The notes below the pieces were generated by a model. That model worked only from the letters and a program-made list of their open reading frames with translations. It ran no database searches and had not been told where the DNA came from. This document shows, one piece after another, positions 47,043 through 54,436 of a stretch of DNA of 64,000 bases (position 1 is the stretch's first letter; each line of letters starts with the position of its first letter). A program made the position numbers and the translations under genes. Origin of the DNA: a virus (lineage: Duplodnaviria; Caudoviricetes); the IMG/VR virus record IMGVR_UViG_3300029288_002061, positions 42,040 through 106,039 of that record; one strand, given 5' to 3'.

Positions 47043-47333
47043 CTAGCTTGCAATCCCGGCCTTGGATACATCTTCAAGAATCGCTTGGGCTTTCTCTACC
47101 GGATAGAAGTCATCATCGATTTTCACCATGGGCAGGATAGGAATACACTGATATGCCGCCAGAGCATCAACCGATCCATCATCCCGCCATTGCGGATGAT
47201 ATTTTGCATGGTATTCCATATCATGGGCCTTATACGGAATGTGCTTCTCTTGGAGATATTCCTTGAAGTCTTCGCAATTCGGGCAGTTTTCTTTACCAAA
47301 AACCTCAATAACAGGGTATTCAATGGCTGTCAT
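47043..47333 (-). CDS. Glutaredoxin-like protein
   Basis: VFGKENCPNC...LPMVKID. Confidence 0.8.
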   Translation of the reverse strand: MTAIEYPVIEVFGKENCPNCEDFKEYLQEKHIPYKAHDMEYHAKYHPQWRDDGSVDALAAYQCIPILPMVKIDDDFYPVEKAQAILEDVSKAGIAS

Positions 47334-47367
47334 AACATACCTTCCTTGCCTGATTTATGGTTTATTC

Positions 47368-47383
47368 TTGAAATAATAGCAAG
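47368..47383 (-). promoter_or_regulatory. Class II promoter-like motif
   Basis: CTTGCTATTATTTCAA upstream of the glutaredoxin gene. Confidence 0.55.
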
Positions 47384-47409
47384 GGATCTGATCCCCTTGC
47401 AAGGTAAAA

Positions 47410-47688
47410 TCAATCATCCGACAGACTGATTTCGGTATTCAGATATTTAACGCCCATTTCTTTTTCCGCGTCCATAACGGCCTTCAATTCACCTCGCTTT
47501 CCGTCTTCCCGATAGGAGAATGCCACGATGGTTTCACACTTGGGACAGACAAAATACTTCCGTGTCACCTTGATAGGCTTCCCGGCGCAATCCAGAGCGT
47601 CCTCGTGCGGCACCGTTCGGGCAAAGTTCATGGTTTCATGGTCAAGAGGACAATACACTCTATTCCCTTGAACGGATACACTTCCCAT
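47410..47688 (-). CDS. Zn-ribbon protein
   Basis: CPLD...CPKC. Confidence 0.55.
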   Translation of the reverse strand: MGSVSVQGNRVYCPLDHETMNFARTVPHEDALDCAGKPIKVTRKYFVCPKCETIVAFSYREDGKRGELKAVMDAEKEMGVKYLNTEISLSDD

Positions 47689-47978
47689 TATTCGGCTTTC
47701 TCAATGATGGTAGGTTTCTTTTCCAGTGACATCATAATGATTTGAAGCATATTGGCGTTAGCGTTTTCTTCTTTATTCAGGATCTCAGTAATGGTTTCCG
47801 CTTTATTGGCGAATTCCGCGAATGTGATAAGGTTCTTTTCAATCATCAGCGAGAGCGTTGCCATAAGTCCAGCGGAAAGAAGATTTGTCAGTCCCGCCGT
47901 ATGCTTGATGATTTCAACCAGTTCGCTCCCGATTTCCTTCTTCATCTCCGCTTCCGGATTCACTTCGTTGGCTTCCAT
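47688..47978 (-). CDS. Hypothetical protein
   Basis: Coupled to the downstream gene. Confidence 0.5.
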   Translation of the reverse strand: MEANEVNPEAEMKKEIGSELVEIIKHTAGLTNLLSAGLMATLSLMIEKNLITFAEFANKAETITEILNKEENANANMLQIIMMSLEKKPTIIEKAE

Positions 47979-48060
47979 AATTCCATCCTATTCATTCATA
48001 GACACGAAAACAACTGCCTTATATGGTATACATAACCCTATAAGATACAAGATATTGTGA

Positions 48061-48351
48061 CTATTCCGTTTTTTCAGTTGGTTTGATGATCTTGGCGTTT
48101 CTTGCCTTATCCATCTCTGCAAGTGCCATACGGGCAGCGACTTTATAGATTTCGTCACCCTGAATTGCTGCTACTTCCCGAAGGGCCGTGAGGGCGGCAA
48201 CAAACATGGATAATCCGTCATTATTTTGTGATGGTTCCTGTACCCACCGCCCTTGACCGATATCATTCATGACAAAAGTAAGGGCATAAGAGCCTTTATA
48301 GGACTTATGGGTGTTATCTGAGAGATTTTTAATGGTCACTTCCACCGGCAT
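48061..48351 (-). CDS. Hypothetical protein
   Basis: Directly downstream of the actin-like gene. Confidence 0.55.
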   Translation of the reverse strand: MPVEVTIKNLSDNTHKSYKGSYALTFVMNDIGQGRWVQEPSQNNDGLSMFVAALTALREVAAIQGDEIYKVAARMALAEMDKARNAKIIKPTEKTE

Positions 48352-48362
48352 AGGATTTCCCC

Positions 48363-49349
48363 TTACATAGACGCCATAACCAAACAGCCACGGGCAACCG
48401 AATAAAGCGGATCCGGCACAAGACGGATCTCACTGATTTCAATGGGGAAGTCCTGCGTTGAAAAGACTTGCTTGAAGAGCTCAATGAATCCCGGCACCAT
48501 AGCAGTACCACCAGCTATGACAATTGGCACCGGATTCTTGAACGCCGGGAGGTTATCCCCGTTTTCAAGACGATCTTTCATATTGGCAAGGGTATAGGTA
48601 ATGACTTCTTTGTAATACGCATAGAGGGCCGCAATACGGCGGTCTGTGGTGTCGGGGTCAAGGTTCATGGTCTTTCCCTCTTTGAGGGCTGTGATTCTCG
48701 ATGTAGGCTCCCCGCAGGCTTTGGATGCCTTTTGGTCAATCCAGTCCCCGGAACGGCATGAAGAGAATGCCAATACCGGGAGGGAACGGAAGGATACGCA
48801 TGTATTGACCATGCCGCCGCCGAAAGACATGGCAATCCCTGTGAAGTCATCATTACTGAGCGCGTCCAGAGCAACCGCGTGGGCTTCCGTTGTCTCAATA
48901 GGCTCCATGCCAAGATGCCGCAAGGCACCCTCGATGATGTTCTTGTGGAATACGTTGTCAATCTGGGTGTCAATTGGGTTTGCGGGGCAGGAATAGGCGA
49001 CTTTTGCTCCCTTTTCAACGCCGGAATCGTTAAGAAGCTTCTCAATCATCCGGGTGATCATCGGGACGGCTTCCATCTCCCCGCTGGAAATGACGCCTGA
49101 TGCCATAGGACGGCGAAGGTCTTTCCCAAAGGTCGTTGCCATTTCAAAAGCATCATCGCCGATCAGATAAAGGTTCTTATCCTTTTCATAGTATGGCATT
49201 TTCAACTGCTTAAGCATACTCAGGGCGAATTTATCCTTGCCGATTTCAAGAAAGTTATTCCGCATCCGGAGGACTTTTGAGCCTGTATCGGTAGGGACAC
49301 ACACAACAAGGTTTGCCGTTCCGGGGTCGAGCGAAGCCACCATAACCAT
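48363..49349 (-). CDS. Actin-like ATPase (MreB/MamK/ParM superfamily)
   Basis: Phosphate-1 LDPGTAN, connect-1 TEAHAV, phosphate-2 SFGGG, SGDWID, adenosine IAGGTA, connect-2 DPLYSVARG. Confidence 0.88.
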   Translation of the reverse strand: MVMVASLDPGTANLVVCVPTDTGSKVLRMRNNFLEIGKDKFALSMLKQLKMPYYEKDKNLYLIGDDAFEMATTFGKDLRRPMASGVISSGEMEAVPMITRMIEKLLNDSGVEKGAKVAYSCPANPIDTQIDNVFHKNIIEGALRHLGMEPIETTEAHAVALDALSNDDFTGIAMSFGGGMVNTCVSFRSLPVLAFSSCRSGDWIDQKASKACGEPTSRITALKEGKTMNLDPDTTDRRIAALYAYYKEVITYTLANMKDRLENGDNLPAFKNPVPIVIAGGTAMVPGFIELFKQVFSTQDFPIEISEIRLVPDPLYSVARGCLVMASM

Positions 49350-49783
49350 TAACTATCTCCTTTGAGCCGTTTTAGTGCTTGTATACTACTCGTAATACTG
49401 TTAGAGTCAACTGTTTCCGCTTTGGCGGATGATAAATTATCCGCATTTTTTGATTGAAAGAACGCATCCGGAAGGGTTTCACTCCCGACTTCAACCGCCG
49501 ACCGGTGTTCCCGCAGGGCTTCAGGGACTGCATACGTCTGCAATTTCCCCGGCATGGTTTCGGTCATGGCGGCCTTTACAGCACCATAGATAACCGAATA
49601 AAGGCGGTCATAATCCAGTTCTACGGCGGTATTTGCGGCAGCGGGTTCGGATTGTACGGTTTGGATGACCAAAGAACGCATTGCTTTCTTCAGACACTCC
49701 TCGTCCTTCTGATTCAGAGAGCTAAACCCGCCAACAGAGCGTTTATTTTGCTCCCAGAAGGCATCGAACATGTCTTTTGGCAT
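49349..49783 (-). CDS. Hypothetical protein coupled to the actin-like gene (candidate adaptor)
   Basis: TAATG overlap; basic amphipathic C-terminus SIQALKRLK. Confidence 0.55.
   Translation of the reverse strand: MPKDMFDAFWEQNKRSVGGFSSLNQKDEECLKKAMRSLVIQTVQSEPAAANTAVELDYDRLYSVIYGAVKAAMTETMPGKLQTYAVPEALREHRSAVEVGSETLPDAFFQSKNADNLSSAKAETVDSNSITSSIQALKRLKGDS
49527..49544. repeat. Palindrome copy 14 (in CDS upstream of the actin-like gene)
   Basis: ACTGCATACGTCTGCAAT. Confidence 0.93.
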
Positions 49784-49804
49784 AAATAGGCTCCGTTTTT
49801 GGGC

Positions 49805-50233
49805 TTATACCTCGAAATAGGACGTGTTACACCGTGGACACGTCTTTTTGTATTCGCGGATGGAGGACTTAAACTTGTTTTTGCATACCATACAAGTATA
49901 AACCTTCTCCAATGCCTTTGTCTCCCGCTTTATCCGCTCTTTTTCGGCTTTCTTGGCCGCGCTGTACTCTAGGGCTTCGGTTATATAGCCACATGCCGCC
50001 CCTTTGGTCAACGAATTCACCCAAACGTCATAGCCAATCAGGGTAATAATCGTCTGTAGCTCTTCGGGAGCTATGGTTTTGACATACGCCGACAATTTCA
50101 TCATGGCGTTTATCTGGGCTTCCGTAATCGGATCAGGATCTTTGTTAAGAATCCAGTCGGGCATAGCTCTGTTCCGTCCTAAAGTACATGCAATACCCCA
50201 ATTATACCAATTTCCTTGATCCGGCCTGACCAT
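49805..50233 (-). CDS. Zn-ribbon protein
   Basis: CMVC...CPRC; likely start at MPDW. Confidence 0.55.
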   Translation of the reverse strand: MVRPDQGNWYNWGIACTLGRNRAMPDWILNKDPDPITEAQINAMMKLSAYVKTIAPEELQTIITLIGYDVWVNSLTKGAACGYITEALEYSAAKKAEKERIKRETKALEKVYTCMVCKNKFKSSIREYKKTCPRCNTSYFEV

Positions 50234-50628
50234 GTTCCGGGTTTTACCTTGGTTTCGGCCTTTGGACGGGCAACATTGATATGGATCTCAACAACTTTCT
50301 CGTCTTTGTTCCTGACATAGGGTTCGTCGGGCAACCAAACCCGCCCCCAGTCTTCTTGAAGCTCTTTCACCCAACCACGGACGTATGCTTGGGCGTCCCT
50401 GACGGGGATTCCGGCGGGTTTTTCCTTCCAGTCCGCCGAGAATATCATATCCTGATGCTTACAATGCCCGCGAAGTTCAAAAGCCTTGCAAGTGCAAGAC
50501 TCTTTGGACATATGATAAACAGTTTCGTCAAGGATACCTTCATCCGAATAGGTGATTTTCAGCACATCAAACTGACCTTCACCCGTCGGTTTCAGTATGT
50601 AGGAGTGTTCTTTATGCGTTTTTGGCAT
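50179..50628 (-). CDS. SWIM zinc-finger protein
   Basis: CTC...CKH. Confidence 0.65.
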   Translation of the reverse strand: MPKTHKEHSYILKPTGEGQFDVLKITYSDEGILDETVYHMSKESCTCKAFELRGHCKHQDMIFSADWKEKPAGIPVRDAQAYVRGWVKELQEDWGRVWLPDEPYVRNKDEKVVEIHINVARPKAETKVKPGTWSGRIKEIGIIGVLHVL

Positions 50629-51524
50629 TATGACACCTTCTTAGCCAGTTCCGCGATATCCGGATTGCAGTATTCAACCGTTCCGTCATGAGAAGCGGCA
50701 AAGATCTTGACGCCATAGGCGGTCTCAATGCGGGATAGGAGGGTATTCAGGAGGTCTTCCCGCCCAGTAAGGCATTCCGCAAGGAACGCTTGGGCGATAC
50801 ATTCCATAAGCCAAGGTTCTTTATCCGATCCCGTGATATCCTTGGCTTTCTGCATGGCGTTCTGCCACACGTTCCAGATCGGTTCGGGCAATCCGGCACG
50901 GAACATATGAATGACTTCTTGAGGTTTTGATTGGATTGATACATCTTCCGCCTTGATGCTTCCGACGGCCTTGCTTACCGCCACGTCCACATCCTCGCCG
51001 GTATGGGCTGCGCGGGTTCTGGCATCACTGGCGACCTGAGCGGCCTTTGTCTTCGCCGTATTGGACATCTCCCGGAGTTCGTTATAGGTCTTCCCTTTGA
51101 CCTTTTCCATCCAGTCTTCCGAGTTGTCCCGCGTGATAATCCCCTTATTGACCAGCGGGGCCAGTGTAGCGGCCTTTGTCCACCCCAGCCGCTCCACATC
51201 GGCTTCCGTGAATGCACCCTTTTCCACCGCGCCGAAGACATCCAGAAGATAATAAGCCTTCCGCTCCCGGAATCCCAGTTCTCGCTCGCAATACTCGTCA
51301 AAAGACTGATATCCCCATGACATCCAAACGGGCTTTCCGTTGTCCAGCGTCCGGATACTGACTTGCTTCAGCTTCGCGCCCAAATGGTAATAGGTCTTTT
51401 CAATCCCTTCCCGGAGTTCCAAGACTTCCGCCCGGAGAGCTTGCGCATCACTGACGGACATCTTGAGTTCTTCCGGAATCACCTGAGTGTCAATCACAAG
51501 CACATCACTGTTTTTCTTACTCAT
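50628..51524 (-). CDS. Putative DNA-binding protein (DUF3102/partition-protein-like helical domain)
   Basis: LG.KL...WGYQSFDEYCERELGFRERKAYYL...LGWTK. Confidence 0.6.
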   Translation of the reverse strand: MSKKNSDVLVIDTQVIPEELKMSVSDAQALRAEVLELREGIEKTYYHLGAKLKQVSIRTLDNGKPVWMSWGYQSFDEYCERELGFRERKAYYLLDVFGAVEKGAFTEADVERLGWTKAATLAPLVNKGIITRDNSEDWMEKVKGKTYNELREMSNTAKTKAAQVASDARTRAAHTGEDVDVAVSKAVGSIKAEDVSIQSKPQEVIHMFRAGLPEPIWNVWQNAMQKAKDITGSDKEPWLMECIAQAFLAECLTGREDLLNTLLSRIETAYGVKIFAASHDGTVEYCNPDIAELAKKVS

Positions 51525-51939
51525 TATCTACCCTTTCGGTATACACGGCCATGTAATCCTTCAACCTAGAAGGAGTTACGCCAATTCTCAATCCCATTTC
51601 CATGAAAGAGAGGTTCTTGGAGAGGGAATCATTGATGAAATGCTGGGGTGATTCATATCCTACCGAGCGGACTTTACAACAGAATTCCGGCCATGTCAAA
51701 TTATATTTTGACAACCAATAGCGGATTGTCCCTTCCGACACCCCGATAAGCTTGGCAAGGGTGGAATTGTTATAACCCCGCTTATTCAGATACCAGTAGA
51801 GGACTTCCGCCGGATCATCCGACCGATAACCTTCTTGATTAGCTTGGGCTAAAAGCCTTCTATGATCCAAAATGCCACCCGCCTTTCTCCTGTACCAACT
51901 GGCGGATTGCTTTTCCGTCCACATAATCCAGAAAATCAT
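51517..51939 (-). CDS. HTH protein with two HTH-like segments
   Basis: NSTLAKLIGVSEGTIRYWL; SFMEMGLRIGVTPSRL. Confidence 0.65.
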   Translation of the reverse strand: MIFWIMWTEKQSASWYRRKAGGILDHRRLLAQANQEGYRSDDPAEVLYWYLNKRGYNNSTLAKLIGVSEGTIRYWLSKYNLTWPEFCCKVRSVGYESPQHFINDSLSKNLSFMEMGLRIGVTPSRLKDYMAVYTERVDNE

Positions 51940-52441
51940 TGAATTTCATGAAGGTAAGCCGTTCCGTCTCCACGGTGGGATCTTCACACCGCCCGACTAC
52001 AAAGTGCATGGACGGAATAGCCGAAAACGGGCCTGAAACGGCTTTCAGCCATTGATATTCCTTCCGACCGACCATCATAAGAGCATTTGCCAACCCAGCC
52101 GTCTTTGAGAACACAACCATCCGCTGCTTCCCGGCTTTGACCGGGGCCATATCGTTCATCTCAAACCACCAGTCAAGTATCGGATGCTTCTTGGCCGTAA
52201 GGAGCTGTTCAAGATGCCATTCCGGGCCACTCCCGCCTTTGCGCTGCTTGGCGTCCACACACCAAGGGAATTCCTTGTCAAACTCCGGAGTTGTCGCTAC
52301 AATATCCCCTTCGGCGCGCTTCAGGGGCCATCCGCCGGAACACGGAGAGCGCCGGAGCGTCGTTTGATCTCCAAAATACCACTCACTGAGGGCTTTTGCC
52401 ATAACGAGCTCAAAAGACTTCCACTTCTGACTATTAGCCAT
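51860..52441 (-). CDS. Holliday junction resolvase-like PD-(D/E)XK nuclease
   Basis: KSFE...AK.L..W...RSPCSGG...GDIV...VDAK; start MANS at 52441. Confidence 0.7.
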   Translation of the reverse strand: MANSQKWKSFELVMAKALSEWYFGDQTTLRRSPCSGGWPLKRAEGDIVATTPEFDKEFPWCVDAKQRKGGSGPEWHLEQLLTAKKHPILDWWFEMNDMAPVKAGKQRMVVFSKTAGLANALMMVGRKEYQWLKAVSGPFSAIPSMHFVVGRCEDPTVETERLTFMKFNDFLDYVDGKAIRQLVQEKGGWHFGS

Positions 52442-53357
52442 TGCTTTCCTTCCACCTCTGTTCAAAGATATCCGAGAACTTCCCGAAGCAAATATCCCTA
52501 AAAGCACACCGCTTTGCAGCCGCGCAAGACTTATTCTGACACGACGCCGGGACAAGGATCTTTCCCGCGTTCATTTTGTAATAATCTTCCGCAATACGCC
52601 GGATTTCCGCCTCGATAAGCGGATCGAAATAAATCTTGATCTCTTTGGTGGGATTTGCCATGTTAGAGGACTTATCCACGTAGAGGATAATGGAGCGGCG
52701 GATATTCAAACCCATCATATAGCAATGGACTTGGTAGATATAGGACAAAGATGGTTCTTTCAAGTCCCGGAATCGGTCTGGGTCGATGGTTTTGATATCC
52801 ATAACCCAAGGGCCGTCACCACGGTCAATGATGCCGTCACAATGCCCGACTATTCCCAATTCCGGAATCAGGATCTCCGGCTCAACAAACCGCCACCGAC
52901 CACATCCGCAACTGCATACGTCTGCAGGACGGAATCCTTCCACGATGGATTCACATTGCGGACACCTCCAACCGCCTTTCAGGATGCCCATCTGTCCAAG
53001 ATAGTGATTCTGATACCAGTGGTGAATAGCATGGCCGATATCAAACTTTGCTTGGAGAGTAGCGGAAATGGATTCCTCGAATGTCATCCCCGTGATAGCC
53101 GGATCATCCTTCATAACTTCCAGAAAGTTCTCGTCATACATCTTGGCACGGTAACACATACCATAGATTTGCGAAGGATGGAGTCCTTTTGCGCGTTTTT
53201 CATCCGTTTTCCGGAAAAAGCCAGTGGATAGCGCCGTTTTCAACGGTTCTGAGACGACATCACCACCAAATTCCCACTTTTTGGCTATGGATTCGGCAAT
53301 ATCGGATTCTGTCTGCTTCTGTTTGTGGAATGCCGCGTGAATATCTGCTAGGCTCAT
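52434..53357 (-). CDS. Cas4/RecB-like PD-(D/E)XK exonuclease
   Basis: HPSQ...C.R, G.AIH, GHCDG, DIKT, QVHCYM and a C-terminal Cys cluster. Confidence 0.8.
   Translation of the reverse strand: MSLADIHAAFHKQKQTESDIAESIAKKWEFGGDVVSEPLKTALSTGFFRKTDEKRAKGLHPSQIYGMCYRAKMYDENFLEVMKDDPAITGMTFEESISATLQAKFDIGHAIHHWYQNHYLGQMGILKGGWRCPQCESIVEGFRPADVCSCGCGRWRFVEPEILIPELGIVGHCDGIIDRGDGPWVMDIKTIDPDRFRDLKEPSLSYIYQVHCYMMGLNIRRSIILYVDKSSNMANPTKEIKIYFDPLIEAEIRRIAEDYYKMNAGKILVPASCQNKSCAAAKRCAFRDICFGKFSDIFEQRWKESNG
52911..52928. repeat. Palindrome copy 15 (in exonuclease CDS)
   Basis: ACTGCATACGTCTGCAGG. Confidence 0.93.
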
Positions 53358-53374
53358 AATGGTCTTTCTATTTT

Positions 53375-53390
53375 TTGCAATAATAGCAAG
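53375..53390 (-). promoter_or_regulatory. Class II promoter-like motif CTTGCTATTATTGCAA
   Basis: Identical to 14392-14407. Confidence 0.6.
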
Positions 53391-53431
53391 CATTTGTATT
53401 AGGGCTGCTTGGAAGTTGTTACAATACCCAT

Positions 53432-53662
53432 TTATTTCAAAAGTTCGGGGCCGGTTATCACTTTACCACAAGAACCCGGCGGGAGCAAGACAAATCCGTT
53501 TTTGGCGCGTTCCTTCTCAACTTCCAGCCTGATCTTTTCCGTTTCCCAAGCATTCTTATTGCCTTGGTAGAAAGCATTTATGAGAAAGCACACCACGACA
53601 GTTATACAGATAGACAAAACACATTCCCGGATTGTCTGTAGATGTTCGTTATCCATTGTCAT
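53432..53662 (-). CDS. Small membrane-anchored protein
   Basis: One TM segment. Confidence 0.5.
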   Translation of the reverse strand: MTMDNEHLQTIRECVLSICITVVVCFLINAFYQGNKNAWETEKIRLEVEKERAKNGFVLLPPGSCGKVITGPELLK

Positions 53663-54008
53663 TTTCTTTTACCTTTTCTAAGAGTTTCTTGAATTCACTC
53701 ATGGGTACTGCTACCCACTCGTTTTCCGTAAATCCATTCATGCCACCGAGTTCTATCACCAACGCGGGGATCTTACCGACGTTGATAGCCTCATGGTCAA
53801 TCTTGGTTAGCCATTCCGCCTTTACCGTGATAGAGTTCTTATCTGTCCGCTTTGCCTCGATAAGGAAATCGGCCATCTTTACATCTCCCTTGAAGTGTTC
53901 AAAGCACCCCGATCCGGGCTGGGTCTTCCCACCAAGTTCTTTGGCTATCCGCTTTTCTTGGACTTGAGACTTCTTTTTGCAGCGGTAATTACCATCGAAG
54001 ATATTCAC
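53649..54008 (-). CDS. Second resolvase-like PD-(D/E)XK nuclease
   Basis: QEKRIAKELGG...GSG...KGDV...LIEAK.T. Confidence 0.75.
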   Translation of the reverse strand: MNIFDGNYRCKKKSQVQEKRIAKELGGKTQPGSGCFEHFKGDVKMADFLIEAKRTDKNSITVKAEWLTKIDHEAINVGKIPALVIELGGMNGFTENEWVAVPMSEFKKLLEKVKENDNG

Positions 54009-54436
54009 TTCTTTCTTCTCCTTATAGCCTGTTTTCTCTTGGCTTCCGCTTTTTGGTGGAGATATTCTGTCATGCCGCCCATACGCCTATCATATTTTGC
54101 GCTCTTTGACAGATTACACGATCCACAGGTCAAACGCAAGTTTTCAAGTGCAAATTCTGCCCCGCCTTTGGAAATCGGCCTGATATGATCGACATGGAAA
54201 GCATCCTTCTTTACATATTTCCCGCATATCATACAGATATGGCCGTCCCTCTCATACACAACCGCCCGGACGCGTTTCCAATCGGTCTGCATAAAGAAGT
54301 CTCTGAGGCATTCCTGACCGCAAAAAGATGTCTTCCGCCCCGTCAAGGGAGCACCGCAATAGCGGCACAGATGCACCCCTAGACGGGTTCGGTGGGGAAA
54401 ACGCTCATGGTTCTTCTTTCCGCTCCTACTGCTCAC
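54005..54436 (-). CDS. HNH endonuclease
   Basis: RDGHICMICG...HVDHI.PISKGG...NL...C..CN..K; probable GTG start at 54436. Confidence 0.85.
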   Translation of the reverse strand: MSSRSGKKNHERFPHRTRLGVHLCRYCGAPLTGRKTSFCGQECLRDFFMQTDWKRVRAVVYERDGHICMICGKYVKKDAFHVDHIRPISKGGAEFALENLRLTCGSCNLSKSAKYDRRMGGMTEYLHQKAEAKRKQAIRRRKK

